From contig CM000151.3 in NCBI GenBank assembly GCA_000004695.1, forward strand, positions 8,192,001 to 8,256,000: DNA of 64,000 nucleotides, given 5' to 3'. Of this stretch, positions 29,865 to 42,545 are shown in pieces. Each line of letters opens with the position of its first letter. The first letter of the stretch is position 1. The translations under genes and the position numbers were made by a program. The notes under the pieces are model-generated. The model searched no databases and had not been told where the DNA came from. It saw only the letters and a program-made list of their open reading frames with translations. Origin of the DNA: Dictyostelium discoideum. Its lineage: Eukaryota.

Positions 29865-31353
29865 TGGTAGTGGTAGTAGTAGTGGTAGTAGTAGTGATGG
29901 AAGCAAAAATAATAAAAAGTACATAACTCAATTCGATACAATATTAAGAGAATTAATTAAACAATTGTCATTCAATATTTGCACAAACCTTAGTAATAGA
30001 GATGAAATTGTTGGTGGTAAAGATTTCTTTAATCATTCATTAAATGAAGATTTAAAATATAGTTTAGATATTGGTAGAAAAGATTTATTTTGGGAATTAT
30101 TAGATTGGATTGAACAATATATGATTAAAAATGAAAATTTAATGAAGCATCAAGTTTATCAATTCAATTCACCATATGAATCATTATTACCAACTAGTAC
30201 AATATTTTCAAATGTAAAAATAATAAAAAAAGAGGTACCATCACCATCGTCAACAACAACAATTGAAAGCACTTTTTTAAAAATTGATAATTTTGAAAAA
30301 CCAATACCAAATGAACCATCGATTAAAGTTTATTGGAATTCAGATAAATTAATTGAACCATTCAAACCAATTTCAAAACTTATAAATTCATTTAAATATT
30401 CAGACGATGTCTTAAAATCAATTTGTAAAGTAATGAATGTAAATGAAATTCAAAGATTTATTCAATATAATTTCTTTGTATCATTTTTTCAAAATGAAAT
30501 TTATACATATTCATCATTAATCAATAGAGAAGATTTAATGTCATTCCTATTAAACAATTATGATATTGATATTGATTTTCCAAACAAAGGATATTCAAAA
30601 TATTTAGGACGTAAATTCATCTTTGAAAATCATTTTGAAAAAGTCAATATTTTAAAATTAGATTTCAATCAAAAATGGTACGAAAGTCGTTATTTACACT
30701 TCCCATCGGTTTTATTAAACTATTTTTCTGAATACATTTGTCTTCAAAATAATATCACAACATATAATCAATTCATTCAAAATGATAATTTACAAATTAG
30801 AAAACGAGTAATTAAAGAAACAATTGAAATATTAATTGATCAATTCTTATCAGGTACAGATAATAATTATGATGATAATGATGAAGATGAGTATGGTGAA
30901 GACACTAATCAGAATTTTGCATCTATAATAAAAAATCAAAATCATAAAGTTTTACTCATTCAATCAATTATTGAACAATCAGATACTCAATTATACTTTA
31001 AATCAGCTTTAGATCAAGTTTTATTAAAATCAAAAGAAGATAGAAAAAATGATGAAATTAATGATCCATTCATTGAAAATCTTAAAAATCCATTCTTAGA
31101 ATCTTTTATAAATGGTGATATTAAAACTTGTAATCTCATTCTTGAATACTATCCAAATCAATTTAAAATGACTAAAGATTCAATCACTAAAACCTTAAAA
31201 ATGCAAAATATTCATATTATTAAATATTATTATAAAGTTGATAATTGTAAAAATTTAATTAATAATTTTAAAAATGATAATAATTTATTAAAACATTTAA
31301 AAAATGAATTACCAAAACATCCAATTTATAAATATCATTTAACTTGGTTATAA
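27196..31353 (+). CDS. Family copy 7, intact, 1385 aa (MSDRTEIL...). It carries an N tract followed by a D tract of about 37 codons, then (DS/DN) repeats.
   Basis: Single ORF. (AAT)n at 27995-28040 and (GAT)n at 28045-28140 lie in the same position where other copies have only N. Confidence 0.85.
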
Positions 31354-31687
31354 AACAAAATAAAAAAAATAAATAAATAAAAACACAGATTAAAAATATC
31401 TGTGTTTTATTTTTTTTTTTATTTAATTTTTTGTGAATTTTAAAACCAAACAATTAAAATTTTATTTTTCAAAATTAAATAAAACATATTAATAAAAACA
31501 ATATATATATATATATTAAATAAGATAATTAAATTTTTTAGAAATAAAATTGGCAATAAATTTCTAATTATATATTTTTTAATTCCAAATTATTTTTTCA
31601 ATCTGGTAGTAACAAATAATTATTTTTTTTTTTTTTGAAAAAAATAAAAGAATGCCAATATTTTTTAATAAAAAGTAATTGGTGTGG

Positions 31688-31735
<48 letters not shown>

Positions 31736-31794
31736 AAGTTCAAAACACACATATTTTCATTTTTTTTTATTTTTCATTTACGTTTTTATTATTT

Positions 31795-32160
31795 TTTTTC
31801 CAAGTTAGACGAAAACCGCCAAACGAGCCGAATGATTCTCATATTTTTATCGAGTAAAATTAATAGATAGAAAGTATGTTACTATTGATAAAAGTTGTTA
31901 AATGACATTTTCTACCCATTTCAAATGAATTATATGTTTTCCACTAAGTTATAAGAAAACCGCCAAACGAGCAAAATGATTCTCACACATTTTTATGAAG
32001 TAAAATTATTCGATAGATGATATGTTACTATTGATAAATATCATATAATTATGTTATCTAACTATTTTCCTTAGCAAGTATCGAACTTAGAGACCAATGT
32101 GTTACAAATTTTCCTTAGCAAGTATCGAACTTAGAGACTAATGTGTTACAAAACAAATGG
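31795..32160. repeat. Tandem direct repeats upstream of pseudogene copy 8. There are two ~150-bp units (31805-31890 / 31955-32040, core aaaaccgccaaacgagc.aaatgattctca...agtaaaatta.t.gataga...atgttactattgataaa) and two 47-bp units (ttttccttagcaagtatcgaacttagagac.aatgtgttacaaa at 32069-32115 and 32116-32162).
   Basis: Direct visual alignment of the repeated strings. Composition is less AT-biased than a typical intergenic spacer. Confidence 0.6.
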
Positions 32161-32490
32161 AGGTTCTAGAAATATTATTTTGGAAAGTTTTTAAAAATAA
32201 ATATATATTAAAAGAGATATTCAATCAAATTCACAACAATGAATGGATTGAATATGATGAACCAATAAATATAATGTTTACAATAGATGTAAATTAGTGA
32301 AGAATTTAAAAGAAAATCATTATCATTAGCAGCACATAGAAAAACTCTTAAAACTACAATCACTGAATACATTTTTAATAATCCATCATTATATTCAATA
32401 CCACCATTATCATTAATAAATAATCAAAAACAACAAGAACTATCAACAAATAAAAGATTAAAACTATCTGAAACTATACATTCAAATTTA

Positions 32491-32549
<59 letters not shown>

Positions 32550-34674
32550 AGAAATAAAGTATGAATATATTGAATTTAGAGATTTTATGAAATTAAAGTC
32601 AAGCAATTTATTAAAATCATTTATGGAATTAGATATAGTTTTAAGTGAAACTGAAACAAATTTTAATCAATTTCTTAAAATGTATCATCCATATGAAAGA
32701 TTACAAGTTGGTATTAAAGTTATTCTAAAGTATGATAATACAATTCCAGAAAAAAAAAGAGAAGAAATTTTAGAAGAAATCAATAAAATTGATAGAAAAA
32801 ATGAAACAGGTTTTAATAGATTAAAAGAATTGAGAAAATTAGTAGCAATAGAATTCCCAAAGCAAACAAACTTTTATTTCTATTATTGGCAAAGATATCG
32901 TGAGAATATTAAAAAACTTGGTAAAGTTCCTAGAAAATGGAATCCTCCAGGTGATAATATTGAAACTTTTGAACATATTATTGTACAAGATGACTTCATT
33001 GAAGATCAAGAAGCCATATATCTAAACCATACCCAAGGTGATGAAAATATAGAACAAGTAGAATTACTATCATATAATTTATATAGATGATTCAAAATGA
33101 GACAATATTTTGTTAAAATATTTTCAATATTGATTTGATCTTTAGTGAGTTTTTTAAACTTGTCTATTATCAATTTAATTATCCTGATTATTTGAAAAAA
33201 ACAAGAATTTTAATATAATGGAATTATTATTAAATAGTGAGTTTTTTAAACTTGTCTATTATCAATTTAATTATCCTGATTATTTGAATTATCCTGATAC
33301 CATCATCAGGTAGCAATTATAATAATAAAAAGTACAAAACTCAATTCGATGCAATATTAAAAGAATTAATTAAACAATTATCACTTGATATTTGTACAAA
33401 CGTGAGTAATAGAGATAGAATTGTTAAGGGTAAAGATTTCTTTAATCATTCATTAAATGTAGATTTAAAATTCAGTTTAGATATTTGTAGAAAAGATTTA
33501 TTTTGGGAATTATTAGATTGGATTCAACAATATATGATTAAAAATGAAAATTTAATGAGCGTCAAGTTTATCTATTCAATTCACCATATGAATCATTATT
33601 ACCAAATGGTACAATATTTTCAAATGTAAATATAATAAAAAAAGAATTACAATCAAAAGAATTAACAACCGAAACAACAGAAGCAGCAATTGAAAGTTCT
33701 TTTTTAAAAATTGATAATTTTGAAAAACCAATACCAAATGAATCAACAATTAAAATTGGTTGGAATTCAGATAAATTAATTGAACCATTCAAACCAATTT
33801 CAAAACTTATAAATTCATTTAAATTTTCAGATGAAGTCATAGTATCAATTTGTAAAGTAATGAATGTAAATGAAATTCAAAGATTTATTCAATATAATTT
33901 CTTTGAATCATTTTTTCAAAATGAAATTTATAAATATTCAGTATTTATGAATAGAGATGATATAATGCCATTCCTATTAAATAATTATAATATTGAAGCT
34001 GATTTCCCATACTTTCATCCAAGCTCAGACTATTCACAATATTTAGAATGTAAATTCATCTTTGAAAATCATTTTGAAAAAGTAAAGAATATTTCAAATC
34101 TCAATCAAAAATGGATCGAAAGTCGTTATTTACAATTCCCATTGATTTTATTAAATTCTTTTTTAAAATACATCTGCAAAGAAAAGAATATCACAACATA
34201 TAATCAATTCATTCAAAATGATAATTTACAAATTAGAAAACAAGTAATTAAAAAAACAATTGAAATACTAATTGGTAGATTCAATCAATTATTGAACAAT
34301 CAGATACTCAAGTATACTTTAAATCAGCTTTGGATCAAGTTTTATTAAAATCAAAAGAAGATAGAAAAAATGATGAAATTAATTCTCCATTCATTGAAAA
34401 TAATAAAAATCCATTCATAGAATCTTTTATTCATGGTGATATTAAAACCTGTGATATCATTCTCAAATATTACCCAAATCAATTCAAAATCACTAAAGAT
34501 TCAATCACTGAAACATTAAAAATGGAAAATATTCATATCATTAAATATTATTATAAAGTTGATAATTGTAAAAATTTAATTAATAATTTTAAAAATGATA
34601 ATAATTTATTAAAACATTTAAAAAATGAATTATCAAAACATCCAATATATAAATACCATTTAACTTGGTTATAA
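32157..34674 (+). pseudogene. Family copy 8, pseudogene. The start MEVLEILFWKVF is intact, but about 170 codons are deleted after NRCKF (junction at about 32292). A further deletion of about 420 codons lies between ...LLSYNLYR (33090) and NNKKYKTQFD (33310). There are frameshifts (pieces 32587-33090, 33402-33629, 33860-34348, 34330-34674); it ends in HPIYKYHLTWL*.
   Basis: Collinear homology with gaps relative to the intact copies. Frame changes are visible in the ORF track. Confidence 0.8.
33090..33290 (-). repeat. Inverted (reverse-complement) fragment of the family gene, covering the region encoding ...QIIRIIKLIIDKFKKLTKDQINIENI..., lying at the deletion junction inside pseudogene copy 8. 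A partial 50-bp direct duplicate of it is at 33238-33287.
   Basis: tgagttttttaaacttgtctattatcaatttaattatcctgattatttga is the reverse complement of the paralog sequence tcaaataatcag(g/a)ataattaaattgataat(a/g)gacaagtttaa(a/t)aaactca. It occurs twice. Confidence 0.6.
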
Positions 34675-35292
34675 AAAAAAATAATAAAAACAAATAAAAA
34701 AAAAAAAAAAACTATCTTCTGTGATAAAATCAAACGCATAAACTAGTTTGTGCACATACCCAATTAATACACAACAAATTTAAAAAGTGTCTTGTCATGT
34801 GCAATTCCAAAAAATTTTATTTGTTGCACAATCAATATTAACAGATCGTTTATATGTATTAAACGCTGATAATAAATGTGCAACAAATATTCATTTGGGT
34901 TCAGCAAGAACAACCACAGAACTGGATTCGTCACATGTGATTTTACTTTGGAGAAGAATAATGTCATTGGAAAAAAAAAAATAATTAAAAAAAAAAATAA
35001 ATAAATAAAGTAAAATAAAAAAATAAATAAATAAATAAATAAAATAAAATAAAATAAAAAAGTTAATAAAATAAAAATAAAATAATTTTAAAATCTCTAA
35101 CCTTTACTCTTTACTTTGGGTTTTTGAAAGAATGGATATGGGTGTGAAGTTCGAATAGTTTTAATTCTTTATTTAATTAATCAATATCTTATTTATTTAA
35201 TTTTAATTATTTTTTTTATTTTAATTCTATTATTATTATTCTTTTTATTTGATCGAGTTTGATGATTCAATTAATTATCTTGATTCTTCACT

Positions 35293-35800
35293 TGATGAAT
35301 CTTCATCTTGTTGTTTTTCTTCCTCTTCTTCCTCTTCCTCTTCTTCACTATTATAATCACTATTTAATCCTTTTGTTAGACTAAGATCATTTACATTTGA
35401 GAAATTACCATTTAAATAACTTGACCCCCACCAGTCACTATAAATTTAAAGTTTTACAATCTATACCAATTGCAATATTATTACAAATACAATTACCAAG
35501 GTGATCATTACATTTACCAAATGGTGAATATTCGACTGAACAAGGAGCTCTATAACAAAATTCATCATATATTAATGTTGCACCATTCCATCTAATAATT
35601 TAATTTGTTGACTACCTTAACCTGCACCTATTGTACATATGATTTGAGATTTATTACTTGAGAAATTAATATCATTACAAATTGAAGTACCAATTCAAAT
35701 TGTAATACTTGTGCTAATATTATAAATATTTGAAAATCACAAGACATTATAACATCACCACCGGTTGTTGGTGTTAATACTGATGATATTTGCATTTAAT
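35293..35800 (-). CDS. Candidate non-family gene on the minus strand, fragmentary. The terminal exon is ...DWWGSSYLNGNFSNVNDLSLTKGLNSDYNSEEEEEEEEEKQQDEDSSSEESR* (stop at about 35293). The upstream cysteine-rich piece is IRWNGATLIYDEFCYRAPCSVEYSPFGKCNDHLGNCICNNIAIGIDCK, and a possible start is MQISSVLTPTTGGDV... at about 35797. Exon boundaries are not resolved.
   Basis: GC-richer island with long minus-strand open frames and a spaced-cysteine pattern typical of secreted or surface proteins. The frames are offset, consistent with short introns or degeneration. Confidence 0.25.
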
Positions 35801-36027
35801 TGTTGATGTTGTTATGTTGAGGTATATATAATAATGTTGTTAATGTTGTTGATGTTGTTGATGTTGTTGATGTATATTTATTTTATTTGGTGTGGTTGCA
35901 GTATGTTGATGTTGGTGTTGTTGTTGTTGATGAATTATGTTGTTGATGTTGTTCATGTTGATGTTATATATACATATTGTTTATTATTTTATTTTATTAT
36001 TGTTGATGTTGTATATATATTGGTTAT

Positions 36028-36097
36028 TATTTTATTTTATTTTATTTTATTTTATTTTATTTTATTTTATTTTATTTTATTTTATTTTATTTTATTA
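36028..36097. repeat. (TTTTA)n microsatellite, about 14 units. It is preceded at 35800-35960 by a (GTTGTTGAT)n-like minisatellite.
   Basis: tttattttattttattttatttt... read directly. Confidence 0.9.
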
Positions 36098-36650
36098 TAT
36101 ATATTATTATTATTTTATTTGTACTATATAAAATGAGTTGACATAATTTGCTAAAAGAGAATACTAATTTTATATTATTGAATATCCTATTATAACGATG
36201 AAGAATTGAGTAACTAATTTTGGAAGAACCATTAATTTTGTTACATTTTTTTATTTTATTTTTTGTTCATTTCTCCTCGCCAATTTGAAAATTTTAATAT
36301 TTTTTCTGTACATTAAATATATAAAAAATAATTTTGGTATATTCTGATAATTAATCAATTTACCACGAAAATTATTTACTAGTATTTTACAATTCTATTC
36401 ACAAATTGATTTAGTGTTTTTTTTGAAATACGGTGATTCCCACAACTCTAATAAATAAATTCCCTATCATTACTCTTTAATGAATTATTAAAGAATGGAA
36501 ACATATAATTCCTCAGAGAATATTAAAGTCTAAAAAAAAAAAAAAAATGAAAAAAAAAAAAAAATGAAAAAAAAAAAAAATTTTTTTGAATTTTTTTTTT
36601 TTTTTTGAATATTAATTTTTTTTTTTTTTTTGTGTTGTGTTGTAAAACAA

Positions 36651-37407
36651 ATGGAAATTCTAGAAATATTATTTTGGAAAGTTTTTAAAAATAAATATAT
36701 ATTCAAAGAGATATTTTATCAAATCCACAACAATGAATGGGTTGAATATGATAAACCAAATAAATATAATGTTTACAATAGATGTAAATTTAAAGATACC
36801 CACTCTTTACAAATAATGATAAAAAATGATCTACTCCCATTAATTAAAGATAAAATCAAACATGGTGATCATATAGAGATTACTCTTCATTCAATAAAAG
36901 ATCTTTTTTCAAAATTATCAACAGAACCATTAATAAAAAAAAATAGTAATAATAATAAATATAAAGATGAAGATTATTTAGAAATTATTGAATTATTAAT
37001 GAAACATAGAAGAGATCAATTTGAAATTACTGATTTAATTATGATTGCGGTAAAAGTTTATTCTCCAGATATTATTAGATTATTAGTTAATGAACCATAT
37101 TCAGTTATAATTTATCCAACAACATTTGAATTTGCAATTACAGATTCAAATTTAGAAACAATTAAAGAACTAGTAAATTTAGAACCAATAAATTTTAAAA
37201 ACTATGGTATTAAATTAATCAGTGAAGAATTTAAAAGAAAATCATTATCATTAGCAGCACATAGAAAAACTCTTAAAACTTCAATCACCGAATACATTTT
37301 TAATAATCCATCATTATATTCAATACCACCACCATTATCATCATTAAATAATCAACAAAAACAACGACTATCAAATAAAAGATTAAAACTATTTTTATTA
37401 ATATATA

Positions 37408-37439
<32 letters not shown>

Positions 37440-40400
37440 GATGAAGAAATAGAGTATGAATATATTGATTTTGAAGATTTTATGAAATTAAAATCAAGTG
37501 ATTTATTGGGATCGCTTATGGAATTAGATATAGTAGTTTTAAGAATAACTTATCAAAGTTTTGATTCATTTATTAAAATGTATCATCCATATGAAAGATT
37601 ACAAGTTGGTATTAAAATTATTCTAAAGTATGATATTAGAATTCCAGAAAAAAAAAGAGAAGAAATTTTAGAAAAAGCCAATAAAATTGATAGAAATAAT
37701 GAAACAGGTTTTAATAAATTAAAAGAATTGAGAAAATTAGTAGCAATAGAATTATCAAATCAAATAAACTTTTATTTGTATTATTGGAAAGCATATCGTG
37801 AGAATATTAAAAAACTTTGTAAAATTCATAGAAAACGGGGCCTTCCAGATAATAATATTGAAGATCAAGAAGCCATATATCTAAACCATCCTCAAGCAGG
37901 TGATGAAGATATAGAACAAGTAGAATTATTATCATATAATTTAAATTCAGATAGTGAAGAAGAAGATGAAATTGATAAAAATGTTGTTGAACAAAATTAT
38001 TCTTTTGAAGAGTATTTTAATTACTCGAAAAGATTAAAAAAAGAATCAGTTTTTGATAAATCCAATAGATATTCAGATTTACTCAATTCATATTTAAAAG
38101 CAATTAAAGAGGGTAATATTGAAAAGTTAGAAGATGTTGATACAAATAATCCAATGTTTCAATTAGATGTTTCAAAATACCATAAATTTCAATTACCAAA
38201 TGAAAAAGAAGATGTATTGAAAATTTGGGAATACTTTAATAGACACTCATTTAAACAAATGATTCAAAATTATGGTATTCTCATTGAATTTATTTCAAGT
38301 GTAATTAATGTTATTCCACCTTTAGAATTGAAAATTTCAAATATTGATGACCTACTATTTTCCCCTGAAAAACTTGGAACATTTCTATTTCATCAATTAC
38401 ACAACAAGAATTTTAATGTTATTGAATTATTATTAAATAGTTTTGATGATATTAATTTTAAATATCAACCAATAGAATTGGCATCTCTTATAGATCAAGA
38501 GAGATTTTTATTTGATAATGAGGGTGAATTATTACAAGTTGATAAAAAGTTTGCTTTACAAATAATTAGAGTAATTGAATTGGTAATGGACAAAGTTAAT
38601 AAACTCACTAAAGATCAAAAAAATACTGAAAATATTTTAACAACATCGTATCGTCTCATTTTAAATAATTTATATGATCAATTGCTTAGAGTTAAAGGTT
38701 TAACAATAGATCAATTAGAATATGTTAGATCAATTATTCCTGAACAATTACTTAGTAATAATTATGAAATCTATCGTATCTTTTTCTATCTTAATATCAG
38801 ATCTTCAAAATTAACAAAATACATAATCGAAAGACCTAGGATTCTCAGATATTCAGCTGTATTAATCAATAATTACTACGATACTATTGCACCAATTACA
38901 AATGAAATTTCTTGTTTTGATTTAAGAAAATTTTTTAAATTTGATTTATTCACTTATGATTATATATTAGGTAGAGAATCAATTCAATATAGTAGTGGTA
39001 GTAGTGGTAGTGGTAGTGATAGTGGTAGTGGTAGTAGTAGTAGTGGTAGTAGTGGTGATGATGGTAGCAAAAATAATAATAAAAAGTACATAACTCAAGT
39101 AGATACACTATTAAGAGAACTAATTAAACAATTATCACATGATATTTGTACAAACGTTAGTAATAGAGATAGAATTGTTAAGGGTAAAGATTTCTTTAAT
39201 CTTTCATTAAATGCAGATTTAAAATTCAGTTTAAATATTGGTAGAAAAGATTTATTTTGGGAATCATTAGATTGGATTGAACAATATATGATTAAAAATG
39301 AAAATTTAATGAGGCGTCAATTTTATCAATTCAATTCACCATATGAATCATTATTACCAACTGGTACAATATTTTCAAATGTAAATATAATAAAAAAAGA
39401 ATTACCATCAAAAGAATTAACAACAATTGAAAGTTCTTTTTTAAAAATTGATAATTTTGAAAAACCAATACCAAATGAATCAACAATTAAAGTTAATTGG
39501 AATTCAGATAAATTAATTGAACCATTCAAACCAATTCCAAAACTTATAAATTCATTTAAATTTTCAGATGAAGTAAAGGATTCAGTTTGTAAAGTAATGA
39601 ATGTAAATGAAATTCAAAGATTTATTCAATATAATTTCTTTGAATCATTTTTTCAAAATGAAATTTATTTATATTCATCGTGTATGAATAGAGAAGATTT
39701 AATGTCATTCCTATTAAATAATTATAATATTGAAGCTTATTTTCTACTTGGGCCAAGTGGAGGATATTTAGAATGTAAATTAATCTTTGAAAATCATTTT
39801 GAAAAATTAAAGAATATTTCAAACCTCAATCAATGGTTTGAAAGTCGTTATTCACAATTCTCATCGGCTTTATTAAATTCTTTTTTAAAATACATTTGTA
39901 AAGAAAATAATATCACAAGATATAATCAATTCATTCAACATGATAATTTACAAATTAGAAAACAAATAATTAAAGAAATAATTGGAATATTATTTGATAG
40001 ATTCTTATCATGTGATGGTTATAATGACGATGAATATGATGATGAGGATGATGAGGATGATAATGGTGAAGACACTAATCAGAGTTTAGCATCTATAATA
40101 AAAAATCAAAATAATAAAGTTTTACTCATTCAATCAATTATTGAACAATCAGATACTCAATTATACTTTAAATCAGCTTTAGATCAATTTTTATTAGAAT
40201 CAAAAGAAGATAGAAAAAATGATGAAATTAATTCTCCATTCATTGAAAATAATAAAAATCCATTCTTACAATTTTTTATTAAAGGTAATATTAAAACTTG
40301 TGATATCATTCTTGAATATTATCCAAATCAATTTAAAATCACTAAAGATTCAATCACTGAAGCATTAAAATTGGAAAATATTCATATCATTAAATATTAT

Positions 40401-40523
40401 TATAAAGTTGATAATTGTAAAAATTTAATTAATAATTTTAAAAATGATAATAATTTATTAAAACATTTAAAAAATGAATTATCAAAACATCCAATTTATA
40501 AATATCATTTAACTTGGTTATAA
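36651..40523 (+). CDS. Family copy 9, intact, about 1290 aa from the ATG at 36651 (MEILEILFWKVFKNKYIF...). The track begins at an upstream TTG at 36630. C-terminus HPIYKYHLTWL*.
   Basis: Single ORF. The ATG aligns with the MEILEIL start of copies 8, 14 and 15. Confidence 0.85.
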
Positions 40524-41379
40524 AACAAAATAATAAAAGCAAATTAAATAAAAATAAATAAAAATAATCATTTAACTTGGTTATAAAAAATAATAAAAAA
40601 AATAAATAAAAAAATAAAATTAAAAACAAATAAAAAAAAAAAAAAATAAATAAAATTAAAAACAAATAAAAAATAATTACAAATAAAATAAAACTGACTC
40701 TTTTTCTCACAACAATAATAAAAAAAAAATAAACAAATTCAATTGTTTAGAAAATGTTTGAATTATTTTTTTTTATTTAATTGTGAATTTTAAAAAAAAA
40801 AAAAAAGGAAAGATTACATTTATTTATTTTACTTTTTTATAATTTATTTTATTTATTTATTTATTTTTGGGTTTGAAGTAATATTAGAGTTAATATAATG
40901 ATAATTTCCTGTTATTACACATCATTATTTCATAAACTAAAATCAAATAAATCAATTTATTTATATCATATTAACTCTACAATTTCAATGGTGGTTTATA
41001 AACAGTTTTTATATCTTTATTTTATATAATTTTTTTTTTTTTGTTGATTTATATACATATTATTATGACTTGATAACGTACCATTATTATTATTTTTAAT
41101 AGATTACTTTTACTTTTAAAATACCACTATTACTATGACAATTAATTAATAAAGTACTATTGACACTATTTCACACCACACACTAAGTTTAATTGGTCGT
41201 TCAATTTGATAATATTGTAAACAACAAATGGGTAATAGTAATAGTAATAGTAATAGTAATAGTAATAGTAATAGTAATAGTAATAATCACAAACAATAAC
41301 ACCCAACAAACACAACAGCCGCCACAAATTCGTTGTTGTTGGATTTGATTGTGTTAATCTGAAACAAAACTAACCTGTC

Positions 41380-41950
41380 GAGTTGACAACTGAATCATTT
41401 GAAGTTACAACAAATGGGTATTTATCTGGTTGTGTTGATGTTGCTGTAGTTGTTATGTTGTAGTTGTTGCTGTAGTTGTGCTGTAGTTGTTGCTGTGGTT
41501 GTTGCTGTTGTTGTTGTTGTTGATACAATAATTACTTACTAATAAATGATTGAAATTTAATATCAATATTGGTGATTGTTAACATTTTATTTACCGATAT
41601 CACTTGGTTGTTTGAATCAATCCAAACATGTACCGATTTCATAGAATGGTGATAAACCTAGGTTTTGATTATCAAGTGGTCCTGAAACTGTGAAACATGA
41701 TTTAATAATTGAATCATCTAAAGTTAGAGAGAATGGTGAATATGATGTTTTGACTGGTTAGTATTGATCTGGAATTTTTGTTTCAATACAATAATCACTT
41801 GATGTTCCCCACTTTGAATTGATAATCACCATCTGGATCTGAAGTTGATTAAATAACTTTACCATATTTTTTGGCAAATTACTGGAATACGTCCTATTTG
41901 AGTTGCAACGACGATACAATAATCCCATTTGAATACTGTCTTTCGAAAAA
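41380..41950 (-). CDS. Candidate multi-exon non-family gene on the minus strand. The open pieces are RKTVFKWDYCIVVATQIGRIPVICQKIW; QLQIQMVIINSKWGTSSDYCIETKIPDQY; and PVKTSYSPFSLTLDDSIIKSCFTVSGPLDNQNLGLSPFYEIGTCLD. GTAAAG/GTAAAT donor-like sites are present; the structure is unresolved.
   Basis: GC-richer island. Successive minus-strand ORF blocks are separated by short AT-rich segments beginning with GTAAA. Not similar to the tandem family. Confidence 0.25.
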
Positions 41951-42080
41951 ATTGAAAATTAAAATTAATGGCAAAAAAAAAAAAAAAAATTAAAAATTTT
42001 TTTTTTTTTTTTTTTTTTTTAACTACAAAGTTACATAATTATTAATAATAATTTAATCAAAAAAAAAAAAAAAACAAAAA

Positions 42081-42545
42081 ATGACAGAAAAGACAGAAAT
42101 ATTATTTTGGAAAGTTTTTAAAAATGATTTTATATTTAAAGAGATATTTAATCAAATTCACAACAATCAATGGATTGAATATGATAACCCAAATAAATAT
42201 AGTGTTTACAATAGATGTAAATTTAAATATATCCACTCATTGAAAGTAATGATAGAAAATGAACTACTCCCATTAATTAAAGATAAAATCAAACATGGTG
42301 ATCACATAGAAATAGATCGTGATTCAATAGAAATTCTTTTCAAAATTATCAAAAACAAATAATAATAAAAATAAATATAAAGATGAAGATTATTTAGAAA
42401 TTATTGAATTATTAATTAAACATAGAAGAGATGAATTTGAAATTACTGATTTAATAAATATAGCAACAAATAAAAATTCACCAGATGTTATTAGATTATT
42501 AGTTAATGAACCATATTCAGTTATAATTTATCCAACAGCATTTTA
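42081..42545 (+). pseudogene. N-terminal relic of a family copy, subfamily MTEKTEIL. There are 93 codons in frame (42081-42362), then a frameshift; homology continues to ...LVNEPYSVIIYPTAF and then stops. The remaining ~1100 codons are absent.
   Basis: Near-identity to the first ~160 codons of copy 11 at 43037, split over two frames and then lost. Confidence 0.8.

Noticed and set aside
34787-34984. 65-codon plus-strand ORF MSCHVQFQKILFVAQSILTDRLYVLNADNKCATNIHLGSARTTTELDSSHVILLWRRIMSLEKKK in the spacer after copy 8.
   Set aside because: Compositionally a little unusual but short, with no supporting features. Kept only as a possible exon of the neighbouring minus-strand candidate region; not called.
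41228-41299. MGNSNSNSNSNSNSNSNSNNHKQ* mini-ORF over an (AGTAAT)8 hexanucleotide repeat, resembling an N-myristoylation start.
   Set aside because: Only 24 codons before a stop, with no plausible splice donor nearby. More likely a simple-sequence repeat.
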